The notes under the pieces were generated by a model that was not told where the DNA came from, did not search any database, and saw only the letters and a list, made by a program, of their open reading frames with translations. A program made the position numbers and the translations under genes. A DNA stretch of 64,000 bases from Eggerthellaceae bacterium (GTDB lineage Bacteria > Actinomycetota > Coriobacteriia > Coriobacteriales > Eggerthellaceae): contig JAUNGO010000002.1 in assembly GCA_030524475.1 (NCBI GenBank), positions 4,142 through 68,141 of the forward strand, given 5' to 3'. The stretch's first letter is position 1, and the number at the start of each line of letters is the position of its first letter. Below, in pieces: positions 1 to 9,804 of the stretch.

Positions 1-214
1 CACAAAGCTGTACCGAAGCGTGCTTGAAGGCTACGTGACCAAGCGCGCGATGACCGCCTCCGCCAAGCTCAAGATCATCACTCCCGTAACCGTGCTGCTC
101 GGCGTCTCGTTTGCGCTCATGAGCAACGTGCCCGTCGGGCGTGCCGTGGTGGCGGCGGTGTGGCTCGCGCATCTGGTGTACTTCGGTTTCGTGGTGAAGA
201 CGGAGCGCGCGTAG
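1..214 (+). CDS. YbaN/DUF454-like small membrane protein, 5' end outside the window
   Basis: Open frame to the stop at 214. 'RAMTASAKLKII' followed by two hydrophobic segments resembles the YbaN C-terminus. Confidence 0.6.
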   Translation, partial: TKLYRSVLEGYVTKRAMTASAKLKIITPVTVLLGVSFALMSNVPVGRAVVAAVWLAHLVYFGFVVKTERA

Positions 215-256
215 CAAAGCGCACTTCTTTTACCGAATTTCATGGAGGGGGCTTCG

Positions 257-3200
257 ATGTTTGACAAGCGGCTTTTGGCGCTGGTTCCGCAGGCGCGCGC
301 GTTCATCGCGCTCGACGTGGTGCTGCAGTGGGCGGCGCTCGTCGCCAACGTGGCGCTGTTTTTCCTGATCGGCACGTTCTTGCAGGACGTTTACCTCGGC
401 AACGCAACCGCGCAGGGCACGGCAAACCTGCTCGCAGCCGCAGCCTTTGCCGTCGTCGTGCGCATGACGTGCCAAACGCTGGCGCAAATCGCGGGCCAGA
501 AGTCGGCCGCAGCCGCCAAGCGCGCCGTCCGCACGCGCGTCTACGACAAGCTCGTGCGCTTAGGGCCCGCCTACCGTGAGTCGGTGGCAACCGCCGAGGC
601 CACGCAGGTGTGCGTCGAGGGCACCGAGCAGCTCGAAAGCTACTTCGGGCAGTACCTTCCGCAGCTGTTCTACGCCGTGCTCGCCCCGCTCACGCTGTTC
701 GCGGCGCTCGCGCCCGTAAGCCTTCCCGCCGCGCTGGCGCTGCTCGTTTGCGTGCCGTTCATCCCCGTGTCCATCATGGCGGTGCAGAAAATCGCCAAGC
801 GCACCATGCGGAAGTATTGGGGGTCCTACACCGATTTGGGCGAGATGTTCCTCGAGAGCATCCAGGGGCTCACCACGTTGAAAATCTACCAAGCCGACGA
901 GGCGCGCCACGCCGCCATGAACGCCGAGGCGGAAGGTTTCCGCCGCGCCACCATGAACCTGCTCAAGATGCAGCTGAACTCGATCACCGTCATGGACCTG
1001 TTCGCATTCGGCGGCACGGCCGTCGGCATCGTCGTGGTGCTGTTCCAGCTGGCGGGCGGCGCCGTCTCGTTTGCGGGCGCGTTCACCGTGGTGTTTCTGT
1101 CCGCCGAGTTCTTCATTCCGCTGCGCACGCTCGGGTCGTTTTTCCATACGGCCATGAACGGCATGGCGGCGGCTGAGAAAATGTTCGCCATCCTCGACGC
1201 GCCCGAGCCCGCGCGCGGCGCGCGCACCGTAAACCCCGCCGACGCGGGGGTGACCATGCGCGGCGTGGGGTACTCCTACGACGGGAAGCGCACGGTGCTC
1301 GCGGGCGTCAACTTCGATGCGCCGCGCGGGTCGTTCATCGGCATCGCCGGCGAGAGCGGGTCGGGAAAGTCGACGCTTGCGGGCGTGCTAGCGGGCGCAA
1401 ACGCGAACTTCACCGGAAGCGTGGAGATCGGCGGCGTCGACGTGCGCGAGGTGTCGGCGGCGTCGCTGCGCGACACGGTGGTGACGGTCGCGCACGACAG
1501 CTACCTGTTCAAAGGCACGGTGCGCTCAAACTTGCTGATGGCGAAGCCGAGCGCCTCCGACGAGACGCTGTGGGACGCCCTGCGCCGTGCGCGCCTCGAC
1601 GCGTTCGTGCGCGCGGCGGGCGGGCTCGACGCGCCGGTGGCGGCGGCGGGCGCAAATCTGTCGGGCGGGCAGCGGCAGCGCCTCGCGATGGCCCGCGCGC
1701 TTCTGCACGACGCGCCGATATACGTGCTCGACGAGGCCACCTCGAACATCGACGCGCAAAGCGAGGACGCCATCTGCGCGCTCGTCCGCGAGCTTGCGCG
1801 CGACCACACGGTGATCATGGTGTCGCACCGCCTGCGCGCCATCGCGCAGGCCGACCGCATCTACGTATTCGAGAACGGGCGCATAGTCGAGGCGGCGGCG
1901 CACGTCGATCTGGTGCAGGCAAACGGCTCCTACGCGCGCATGTGGGCGGCGCAAGACGTGCTCGAGCAGCGCGTGGAGCGGAACGCCGATGCGGAAGCGG
2001 AAGCAGGGGCAGGGGCGAAGACGCCCGCGGATACGGGCGCGCGCGAGGCTTTTGCAGACGCAAAGGCCGCGGCTTGTGCGGAAAGCGCGCCCGCGCATGC
2101 TGCGAGCGTCGAGCAGCCCGCGAGCGCCCCGCGACCTGCAAGCGCTTCGCAGCCCACGAGCGCCCCGCAACCCACGAACGTCCCGCAGCCTGCGCGCCCG
2201 CCGAAGAAGCGCTCGGCGTTCTCGATCATGGGTCGCCTCGTGAAGCTCACGCGCCCGCTTCTGCCGGTCATGGCGCTCGCCATCGCGCTCGGCGTCGTCG
2301 GGTTTTTGGCCGCCATCTTCCTCACGGTGTTCGCCACCTTCGGCTTGCTCGATCTCGCGGGCGCTCACGTGGGGCTTACCTCGGCGACCGTGTGCGTGCT
2401 CGTGGCCGTCTGCGGCATCGTGCGCGGGCCTTTGCGCTACGGCGAGCAGCTGTGCAACCACTACCTGGCGTTTCGCATCCTAGCGCTGGTGCGCGACCGC
2501 GTGTTCGGCGCGCTGCGCCGGCTTGCGCCCGCGAAGCTTGAGGGGAAGGACAAGGGCAACCTCGTGTCGATGGCCACCTCCGACATTGAGCTTTTGGAGG
2601 TGTTCTACGCGCACACGCTCTCGCCTGCCGCCATCGCGCTTGCCACCTCGCTCATCATGGCGGCGTTCATCGGCGCGCAGTCCGCGATGCTCGGCGTGTT
2701 GGCGCTTGCGGCCTACGCAACCGTGGGCATTGCGATGCCCGCCGTTGCCCACGCGGCAAGCGGCACGGGCGGGCGCGACGTGCGCGACCGAATCGGCGAC
2801 ATGAACACGTTCGTGCTCGACTCGCTGCGCGGCCTGCGCGAGACGCTGCAGTACGGCCGCGCCGCCGACCGCGCGCGCGACCTGGCCGCCTCGATGGACG
2901 AGCTTGCCGCCGCCGAGGCGCGCCTCAAGGGAAAAACCGCGTTTTTCATGGCGCTCACGGGAGCGGTGGTCATGGCGTTCGACATGGCGATGCTCGCCGC
3001 GTCGGCGCATTTGGTGAGCATAGGCGCTATTGGCTTTGGGCAGGCGGCGCTTGCCACCGCGGCGCTCATGTCGTCGTTCGGGCCGGTCATCGCGGTGGCG
3101 AACCTCGGGTCAACCCTGCAGCAAACGCTTGCCGCAGGCGCGCGCGTGCTCGACGTCCTCGACGAGAAGCCTCAAACCGACGAGGTGGAAGGCGGGCTTG

Positions 3201-3970
3201 ACCTGGAGGCGTTCACGGGCGTGGGCGCTCACCGCGTCGACTTCGCCTACAGCACGGCGGGCGGCGGCAGGCGCGGCGCAGGCGCGGCTGCGGGCGGCGG
3301 CGCGAGCAGCGCGGGCGGCTACACGGCGGACGGCGGCGCGCACACACGCACCACGGCGGAAAACGCGCCCGTGCTCGAAAACGTGAGCCTCGACATCAAG
3401 CCCGGCGAGGTGGTGCAGATCACCGGCCGCAGCGGCGCAGGCAAATCGACGCTTCTGAAGCTGCTCATGCGCTTTTGGGACCCCACCCGCGGCGTGGTGG
3501 ACATATCGGGTGCCGACATACGCCGCGTGAACACGGCTTCGCTGCGCCGCGCCGAGGCGTTCATGACGCAGGAGACGCACCTGTTCTGCGGCACCATTCG
3601 CGACAACCTGACCTTGGCGAAGCCCGACGCCACCGACGCGGAACTGGCAGAAGCCTTACGAAAAGCCGCGCTTTCCGACTTGATCGAGCGCTTGCCGAAG
3701 GGGCTTAACACGCCTGTGGGCGAGCTCGGCAGCATGCTTTCGGGCGGTGAGCGCCAACGCCTGGGGCTCGCGCGCGTGTTTCTGCACGACGCGCCGCTCG
3801 TGCTGCTCGACGAGCCGACGTCGAACCTCGACGCGCTTTCGGAGGCGGCGGTGCTCGGCGCGCTGTCCGACCACCGCGCGGGCAAGACCATCGTGCTCGT
3901 GAGCCACCGGGCCAGCACCGCGCGCATGGCCGACCGCACCTACTCGGTGGACAGAGGGAACGCATCGTAG
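257..3970 (+). CDS. Fused CydD/CydC-like ABC transporter (TMD-NBD-TMD-NBD)
   Basis: Two Walker A motifs (GESGSGKST, GRSGAGKST), two signatures (LSGGQRQR, LSGGERQR), two Walker B motifs (LDEAT, LDEPT) and two TM blocks. SAEFFIPLRTLGSFFH and RYGEQLCNH are CydD/CydC-type segments. ATG 257 follows GGAGG. Confidence 0.85.
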   Translation: MFDKRLLALVPQARAFIALDVVLQWAALVANVALFFLIGTFLQDVYLGNATAQGTANLLAAAAFAVVVRMTCQTLAQIAGQKSAAAAKRAVRTRVYDKLVRLGPAYRESVATAEATQVCVEGTEQLESYFGQYLPQLFYAVLAPLTLFAALAPVSLPAALALLVCVPFIPVSIMAVQKIAKRTMRKYWGSYTDLGEMFLESIQGLTTLKIYQADEARHAAMNAEAEGFRRATMNLLKMQLNSITVMDLFAFGGTAVGIVVVLFQLAGGAVSFAGAFTVVFLSAEFFIPLRTLGSFFHTAMNGMAAAEKMFAILDAPEPARGARTVNPADAGVTMRGVGYSYDGKRTVLAGVNFDAPRGSFIGIAGESGSGKSTLAGVLAGANANFTGSVEIGGVDVREVSAASLRDTVVTVAHDSYLFKGTVRSNLLMAKPSASDETLWDALRRARLDAFVRAAGGLDAPVAAAGANLSGGQRQRLAMARALLHDAPIYVLDEATSNIDAQSEDAICALVRELARDHTVIMVSHRLRAIAQADRIYVFENGRIVEAAAHVDLVQANGSYARMWAAQDVLEQRVERNADAEAEAGAGAKTPADTGAREAFADAKAAACAESAPAHAASVEQPASAPRPASASQPTSAPQPTNVPQPARPPKKRSAFSIMGRLVKLTRPLLPVMALAIALGVVGFLAAIFLTVFATFGLLDLAGAHVGLTSATVCVLVAVCGIVRGPLRYGEQLCNHYLAFRILALVRDRVFGALRRLAPAKLEGKDKGNLVSMATSDIELLEVFYAHTLSPAAIALATSLIMAAFIGAQSAMLGVLALAAYATVGIAMPAVAHAASGTGGRDVRDRIGDMNTFVLDSLRGLRETLQYGRAADRARDLAASMDELAAAEARLKGKTAFFMALTGAVVMAFDMAMLAASAHLVSIGAIGFGQAALATAALMSSFGPVIAVANLGSTLQQTLAAGARVLDVLDEKPQTDEVEGGLDLEAFTGVGAHRVDFAYSTAGGGRRGAGAAAGGGASSAGGYTADGGAHTRTTAENAPVLENVSLDIKPGEVVQITGRSGAGKSTLLKLLMRFWDPTRGVVDISGADIRRVNTASLRRAEAFMTQETHLFCGTIRDNLTLAKPDATDAELAEALRKAALSDLIERLPKGLNTPVGELGSMLSGGERQRLGLARVFLHDAPLVLLDEPTSNLDALSEAAVLGALSDHRAGKTIVLVSHRASTARMADRTYSVDRGNAS
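2113..2202 (+). repeat. Five imperfect 18-bp tandem repeats encoding a QPASAP-type linker
   Basis: gcagcccgcgagcgcccc / gcgacctgcaagcgcttc / gcagcccacgagcgcccc / gcaacccacgaacgtccc / gcagcctgcgcgcccgcc. Confidence 0.75.
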
Positions 3971-4055
3971 CGTGGCTTGACGCCGCCCGCCGCGCTTCGC
4001 ACACGCGGCAGATACCACGCGGCACGCGCCCGCGGATGCCGCACACCCGATACCG

Positions 4056-4976
4056 CTACCGCGTGACCAGCACCACCAGCACAATAACCAGCGCGACGAT
4101 CACGGGAATGGCGATCTTCACGAAAAGCGGCAGCGAGGCGAACGCGCCGCGGATGCCGCCTTTCGGCGCGGCGTACTGCGCACGGCCGCTCATCACGCCG
4201 CCCGAGAAGCCCACGCCCTCGCCGCGCGGCGCCGCGCCGCCCCTGCGTCGCGCGCCGCTGTCGGGCACGTCGGAAAACCCCTGGCCTGCGCGCGAATGCC
4301 AGCGCGTTTGCGTGAAGCTGTCGTCGACCGCCGCGCGCGGCTTGTCGCGCTCGTCGGTCGTGTAGCCCACCAGCTCGCCTTGCTCGTTAAACGCCCGCGA
4401 ATCGATGCTGCCGCGCGCGTCGATGACCTCGCGGTTCGTCGACCGGCCCGCCCGCGAAGCCGACAACGCGTCGCGCGAGGCGCGGGCGCGCTCGTAGCTT
4501 TCCATCGAGGAGCGCGTGCGATCGTAGCTTTCCTGCGACGACAACGGCGGCACCACGCGCACGCGCGGGCGCACAGGCACGCCCCCCTGCCCCGACGCTC
4601 CCGCCGCAGCCCCGCCGCGACGCGCGTCGGCTTCGCGCTCGGCGGCGCGGCTCGCCTCCAAGGCCGCGCGCTGCACCGCCAACTCGGCCTCCCGCTCGCG
4701 GCGGCGCTGCTCAAGCTGGGCGCGCTGGGCGGCGCGGTCGTTCGCGCGCGACGAGTTCTCCTGGTACACCTGAGACACCGCTTGCGAGTACATGCGGGCG
4801 TTGCGCGCGCGTTCCGCATCTTGCGCGGCGTAGGACTGCAGAATGCTGTCGCGCGACGGGCGCGACGTAACCGTGCCGCGCGAGCCGCCCGGACGCGAGC
4901 CCGCGGCGTTCGTCGGAGCCGTTTCCGCATGTCGTCTGGTGTTTGACCCGTAATATTCCTCAGAGCGAGAACCCAT
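4056..4976 (-). CDS. Hypothetical Arg/Ala/Ser-rich protein with a C-terminal TM anchor
   Basis: Long ORF. Likely start MGSRSEEY after GAGG, with TATAAT upstream on the minus strand. Ends in LFVKIAIPVIVALVIVLVVLVTR. Confidence 0.7.
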   Translation of the reverse strand: MGSRSEEYYGSNTRRHAETAPTNAAGSRPGGSRGTVTSRPSRDSILQSYAAQDAERARNARMYSQAVSQVYQENSSRANDRAAQRAQLEQRRREREAELAVQRAALEASRAAEREADARRGGAAAGASGQGGVPVRPRVRVVPPLSSQESYDRTRSSMESYERARASRDALSASRAGRSTNREVIDARGSIDSRAFNEQGELVGYTTDERDKPRAAVDDSFTQTRWHSRAGQGFSDVPDSGARRRGGAAPRGEGVGFSGGVMSGRAQYAAPKGGIRGAFASLPLFVKIAIPVIVALVIVLVVLVTR

Positions 4977-5327
4977 GAAAGCCAACCTCTTGTTCGTGTA
5001 AAGCGTGTGCGTTTCGTTGTCTTTTTGAGTAGCGGCGAAAAGCCGAAAGCGCATCCATTATAAGCACTCCCCCGCACCCGCGCCCCGCGAACTTCCATAT
5101 CGGCACAATCACCAGAAAACCATGCGCCCGGACGCCCAAAGGCCCGCTTTGCTTCATGCCCCGCTCGCCATGCGCGCATCCCGCCCCCGCCGAAGCCCGA
5201 GTGAAGTACAATACGCATCACGGCGGACGAGAAAACGGGGAACCCGCCTGTTCGTAGGCTAGCGTGGGCGCGGCAGGCGCGCGGAACGACAAGCAAAGGC
5301 GGCAAGCCCGACGGATGAGGAGGACGC

Positions 5328-6485
5328 ATGGCACTCGACACGAGCAAGATCAGCAAGCTGGGGTTCGGCTGTATGCGCTTTAAGGGGCGCGAGACCGACA
5401 CGATCGATCTCGACTACACGGCGCGCATGGTCGACCGGTTCCTGGAGGCGGGCGGCACGTACTTCGACACCGCCTGGGCCTATCCCAACAGCGAATCAAC
5501 GCTTGGCAAGGTGCTCGTGGCACGGCACCCGCGCGACAGCTTCGTCATTGCGTCGAAGTGCGTCACCTGGACGCACTGCACCTGCGCAGACGACCTCGAG
5601 CGGCAGCTGCAGGAAACCCTCGAGAACCTCGACGTCGACTACCTCGACGTGTACCTGATGCACAACCTCGGCGGCAAGCGCACCGCCAGCTTCGAGGAGT
5701 TCGGCGCGTGGGAGTTCGTGAAGTCGGTGAAGGAGCGCGGGCTGGCGAAGCACATCGGGTTTTCCGCCCACTGCACGCCCGAGGAACTCGAAGGGTTCAT
5801 CGCCGCCTACCCCGAAGCCGAGGTCATACAGCTGCAGGTGAACTACCTCGACTGGGACAGCCCCGCCTTCCGTGAGCGCGAATGCGTCGAGGTGGCGCGT
5901 GCCCACGGCATTCCCGTCATCACGATGGAGCCGGTCAAAGGCGGCCTGCTTGCCGAGCCGCCGCAAGCGGTGCGCGACATCCTCGACGAGGCCCTGCCGA
6001 ACGACTCCTACGCAACCGCCGCGCTGCGCTTCGCCGCAAGCGCCGACGGCGTGATCTGCACGCTTTCCGGCATGAACACGCTTGAGCAGGTGGAAGACAA
6101 CTGCCGCGCGTTCGCCGACTTCGAGCCGCTCGGCCCCGCCGAGCGCGCCGCTATCGAGCGCGCGCAGGTTGCCATGAGCGAAAGCGGCACCGTGCCCTGC
6201 ACGGGATGCGACTACTGCGCGAAGGTGTGCCCGCAGGGAGTGGGAATCTCGGGCTCGCTCACGGCGCTCAACTACTACATCAACTTCGGCGACGCCCGCG
6301 CCGCCAGCTACCAGCTGGGGTTCGTCGTGCGCTTCAACGGCGGCAAGAACCTGCCCAACGCGTGCATTCGCTGCGGTGCGTGCGAGGAGGCGTGCCCGCA
6401 GGGGATCAACATCCTTGAGTGCTTCGACCGCATCGAACAGGAGATCACTCCCTACCGGGAGAAGATAGTCCTGATGCGCCCGTAG
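5328..6485 (+). CDS. Aldo/keto reductase with a C-terminal 2x[4Fe-4S] domain
   Basis: LGFGCMR, YFDTAWAY and MEPVKGG motifs; CTGCDYCAKVCP and CIRCGACEEACP; RBS GAGGAGG. Confidence 0.9.
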   Translation: MALDTSKISKLGFGCMRFKGRETDTIDLDYTARMVDRFLEAGGTYFDTAWAYPNSESTLGKVLVARHPRDSFVIASKCVTWTHCTCADDLERQLQETLENLDVDYLDVYLMHNLGGKRTASFEEFGAWEFVKSVKERGLAKHIGFSAHCTPEELEGFIAAYPEAEVIQLQVNYLDWDSPAFRERECVEVARAHGIPVITMEPVKGGLLAEPPQAVRDILDEALPNDSYATAALRFAASADGVICTLSGMNTLEQVEDNCRAFADFEPLGPAERAAIERAQVAMSESGTVPCTGCDYCAKVCPQGVGISGSLTALNYYINFGDARAASYQLGFVVRFNGGKNLPNACIRCGACEEACPQGINILECFDRIEQEITPYREKIVLMRP

Positions 6486-6487
6486 CC

Positions 6488-7801
6488 ATGCCTGAAGTTA
6501 TGCCCGCAACCATGCCTGAAGCTACATCACCGACCATGCCCGCAGCCGCGCCAGCAGCCGCGCTCGACACCGCGCAGGTGTTGCCGGTTTTGCTCGACAT
6601 GGGCGAGATGATGCTCGTGGCAGGCGCCGACGTAAACCTGGTCGAGCGCACCTTGGCGCGCGTGGGGCGGGCGTACGGCGCGCGGCGCATGAACGTGTTC
6701 GTGATCACGGCGGTGGTCGTGGCCACCATGACGCTTGCCGACGGCGCCGAGCTCACGAGCACGCGCCGCGTCGACACGAAGGGCGACACCAACTTCGCCA
6801 AGCTCGAAAAGCTCAACGCCCTCGCGCGCGCCGCGTGCGAAAAGCCCCTGCCGCCCGCAGAGCTCGCCGCCGAGCTCGCGCGCCTTGACGCCGAGCCCTT
6901 CCCGCGCGCGGCGCTTTACGCAGGCGGGGTGCTCGCGGCGGGCAGCTTCGCGGTGTTTTTCGGCGGAACGCTCGTCGACGGCGCGGTTTCGGCGTTGTTC
7001 GCCCTGCTCATTTGCCTGCTCATGGAGAAACTCAAGCCGCTTTCACCCAACAACATCGTGTTCAACTTCGTCGCCGCGCTCATCGCAGGAATCGGCATCG
7101 GAGGCGTGGCGGTTTTCGTGCCCGACGTGCACGTGGACATGGTGATGATCGGCGACATCATGCTGCTCATTCCCGGCATCGCCATGACCAACGCCGCGCG
7201 CGACATGCTCGCCGGCGACACCATTGCCGGCGTGATGCGCCTGGTCGAAAGCTTGCTTTGGGCGTGTGCGCTGGCGCTCGGGTTCATGGCGGCGCTTTTT
7301 GTCACGGGGGCTGCGGGAGCCGCGCCGCCCGCCGACACCGGCACGTTCATCGCCGGGCTCGACGCGCGCGGGTTCGCGCTCGTGCAGGTGGCGGTGTCGC
7401 TGCCCGCCTCGGCGGGGTTCGCGCTTCTGTTCAACCTGCGCGAGCGCCTGATTTTGCCCGCGGCCGCAGGCGGCGTGCTCAGCTGGGGCATCTACCTGGT
7501 CTGCGGGCAGTTCCTTGAAGGGATCTTCCTCCCCTGCCTCGTGGCGGCGGCGTTCGCGGCGCTGTTCGCGGAGGGGCTCGCTCGGCACTATCGCGTGCCG
7601 AGCGCCGTGTTCTTCATCATCACGATGATCCCGCTCATCCCTGGGCGCGGGCTGTTCTACACGATGGACTACGCCGTGCGCGCCGACTGGGCAACGTGCG
7701 GCGACTTCGCCCTGCTCACGCTGAGTTTCGCGCTCGCCATCGCCGTCGGCATGAGCGCGGTGTGGGCCGCAAGCGAGATCGCGCGAAAGGCACGGCAATA
7801 G
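6488..7801 (+). CDS. ThrE-family threonine/serine exporter (fused two-domain form)
   Basis: GEMMLVAGADVNLVE, IMLLIPGIAMTNAARD and IPLIPG motifs; about 10 TM helices. Start uncertain because the N-terminus is a short tandem repeat. Confidence 0.85.
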   Translation: MPEVMPATMPEATSPTMPAAAPAAALDTAQVLPVLLDMGEMMLVAGADVNLVERTLARVGRAYGARRMNVFVITAVVVATMTLADGAELTSTRRVDTKGDTNFAKLEKLNALARAACEKPLPPAELAAELARLDAEPFPRAALYAGGVLAAGSFAVFFGGTLVDGAVSALFALLICLLMEKLKPLSPNNIVFNFVAALIAGIGIGGVAVFVPDVHVDMVMIGDIMLLIPGIAMTNAARDMLAGDTIAGVMRLVESLLWACALALGFMAALFVTGAAGAAPPADTGTFIAGLDARGFALVQVAVSLPASAGFALLFNLRERLILPAAAGGVLSWGIYLVCGQFLEGIFLPCLVAAAFAALFAEGLARHYRVPSAVFFIITMIPLIPGRGLFYTMDYAVRADWATCGDFALLTLSFALAIAVGMSAVWAASEIARKARQ

Positions 7802-7804
7802 CAA

Positions 7805-7838
7805 AAGGGGCGCAGCGACCACACGTCGCTGCGCCCCT
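7805..7838. terminator. Hairpin between convergent genes (probable terminator)
   Basis: aggggcgcagcgac-cacac-gtcgctgcgcccct inverted repeat. Confidence 0.7.
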
Positions 7839-7914
7839 CGCGTCCGCCGCACCGCAGCCTCCAAACCTTGCGCATACGCGCCTCGCGCACGCGCCGGCTA
7901 GAAGCGTCTGCGCC

Positions 7915-9342
7915 CTACGCGGCTTCCTTCTTCTCCAAAAAGTCGGAGCTCACCACGGCATTCTTGTCGTTGAGCACCTCGCGGTCGAGCTGGCCGGTCG
8001 CGTTGGAGGCCGTCACACCCGCCACCATCGCGTCGCTCACGTTCACGGCGGTGCGGCCCATGTCGATGAGCGGCTCGACCGACGCCAGAATCGCCGAGAT
8101 CTCGATAGGCAGCCCCAGCGTTCCCAACACGATGAGCGAGGCGAACGTCGCGCCGCCGCCCACGCCGGCCACGCCGAAGGAGCTGATAACCACCGTGGCC
8201 ACCAGCGTGATCACGAACATCGGGTCGCACACGTTGATGCCCACCGTCGGCGCGATGATGGTCGCCAGCATGGCGGGATAGATGCCTGCGCAGCCGTTTT
8301 GCCCGATGGACAGGCCAAACGAACCCGAAAGATTAGCGGAGGCCGCGTCGACGCCCAGCGCGTGCTGCTGCGTCTCGATGTTGAGCGGCAGCGCGCCCGC
8401 GCTCGTGCGCGACACGAACGCGAACCCGAGCACGCCCGCCACCTTGCGGAAGTACACAAGCGGGTTCACGCGGTTACCGAGCAACACCAGCGCGTGCACC
8501 ACCAGCACCAGCAGCAGCGCCACGTACGACGCGATCACGAACTTCGACAGGTCGAGAATGGCCACATAATCGCTCGTGGCCAGCACCTTCGCAATAAGCG
8601 CCAGCACGCCGTAGGGGGTCAAGCCTATGACGATGCGCACCACGCGCATAACGATGCCGTACAGCGAGTCGATGAGGTTGGCGAAGAAGTCGGCCTGGCG
8701 CTCGGAGTCCTCCGTCTTCATGGCGCGCAGCTTCAGGTACGCCACGCCGAGGAACGCCGCGAAAATGACCACCGCGATGGTGGACGTGGCGCGCGTGCCC
8801 GCCAGATCGGCGAAGAAGTTGGTGGGGATGAACGCCAAGATGTTCTGCGGAATGGTGAGGTCCTCGGTTTTCGCCTGGCTTGCCTCAAGCGACGCCATCT
8901 TGTCTGCGTCGGCCGCCTGCGTGAAGCTTGCGCCCGCCAAATCGAACGTCACCACCGAGCCCCAACCGATGAGCGCCGCGATAGCGACCGTCACCAACAG
9001 GACCGCCAGCACAATGCCGCTGATCTTGCCGAAGTTGTTGGTGACGCCCGAGCGGGTGAATGCGCCCACGATGGACACGAACACAAGCGGCATCACGAGC
9101 ATTTTCAGCAGCGACACGTAGCCCGTGCCCACGATGGCCATCCAGTCGAGCGCCAACGTGGCGGCCTCCGAGCCGCGCCCGAGCGCCATCTGCATACCGA
9201 TGCCCAGCACGATGCCCGCGCCGAGCGCCGTAAACACGCGGAACGTGAACGACTTGCCCTTCACGTTCAAAAACTTGAGCCCCAAAAGCAGGGCCACGAA
9301 GATCACCAGCGTCACAACCGCCGGCAAAACCGCATCCGACAT
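7915..9342 (-). CDS. tcyP: L-cystine transporter (cation:dicarboxylate symporter family)
   Basis: RTSAGALP, SIGQNGCAGIYPAML, FGVAGVGGGATFA and EPLIDMGRTAVNV are TcyP/YdjN-type motifs. Confidence 0.85.
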   Translation of the reverse strand: MSDAVLPAVVTLVIFVALLLGLKFLNVKGKSFTFRVFTALGAGIVLGIGMQMALGRGSEAATLALDWMAIVGTGYVSLLKMLVMPLVFVSIVGAFTRSGVTNNFGKISGIVLAVLLVTVAIAALIGWGSVVTFDLAGASFTQAADADKMASLEASQAKTEDLTIPQNILAFIPTNFFADLAGTRATSTIAVVIFAAFLGVAYLKLRAMKTEDSERQADFFANLIDSLYGIVMRVVRIVIGLTPYGVLALIAKVLATSDYVAILDLSKFVIASYVALLLVLVVHALVLLGNRVNPLVYFRKVAGVLGFAFVSRTSAGALPLNIETQQHALGVDAASANLSGSFGLSIGQNGCAGIYPAMLATIIAPTVGINVCDPMFVITLVATVVISSFGVAGVGGGATFASLIVLGTLGLPIEISAILASVEPLIDMGRTAVNVSDAMVAGVTASNATGQLDREVLNDKNAVVSSDFLEKKEAA

Positions 9343-9484
9343 TTTCCTTTCGTCCTCTCCTTTGTGATGGCAAGGGTTGCCACCGCCACGCGCCTGCGTC
9401 CACGCTTGCGCCCTCGTCTGCGCATTTCGCGCCAGGCGCGCGCCGGCCACAACCCTCTTCCCTTTTCTTGCTTTGCCTGTTACC

Positions 9485-9522
9485 AGTATGACGCTAAAAG
9501 TCTAGTAATTCAATAGGTTTAT
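9485..9522 (-). promoter_or_regulatory. tcyP promoter overlapped by an Rrf2/CymR-like site
   Basis: Minus strand TTGAAT(9513-9508)-17 nt-CATACT(9490-9485). The imperfect palindrome AAGTCTA-gtaattcaa-TAGGTTT covers the -35. Confidence 0.45.
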
Positions 9523-9611
9523 TCAACTAAAGCGCCGCACGTGTGCCATCGTATTTTCCTATAACACGCCGCTTTGCGCCACTGTTTCAGGAGACCAACG
9601 GCACACTCCAC

Positions 9612-9638
9612 GTGACAAGGGGACAGGTCGTTTGTCAC
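9612..9638 (+). repeat. REP-like repeat family A, copy 1
   Basis: GTGACAAGGGGACAGGTCGTTTGTCAC; terminal TGACAA/TTGTCA inverted repeat; recurs in the window. Confidence 0.85.
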
Positions 9639-9732
9639 ACGCCCCCTCGCAAGCCACCGCAACGCTATCGCGCGGCTAGCCGGCGAATACCCTCGAGGGA
9701 CGAAGCCTCTTCAAGTACCGCGACAGCGCACG

Positions 9733-9804
9733 TTAACGGAAGTGAAAGTGTTTTCACTTCCGTTAAAGATTTCATTGCGGAAGTGAAATTGAATTCACTT
9801 CCGC
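9733..9804. repeat. Two tandem palindromes sharing CGGAAGTGAA/TTCACTTCCG
   Basis: TTAACGGAAGTGAAA-gtgt-TTTCACTTCCGTTAA (9733-9766) and GCGGAAGTGAA-attgaa-TTCACTTCCGC (9777-9804). Confidence 0.85.

Noticed and set aside
5200-5327. Possible riboswitch upstream of the aldo/keto reductase (GCAAA...GACG)
   Set aside because: Only a fragmentary resemblance to c-di-GMP-I, without the second stem or an expression platform.
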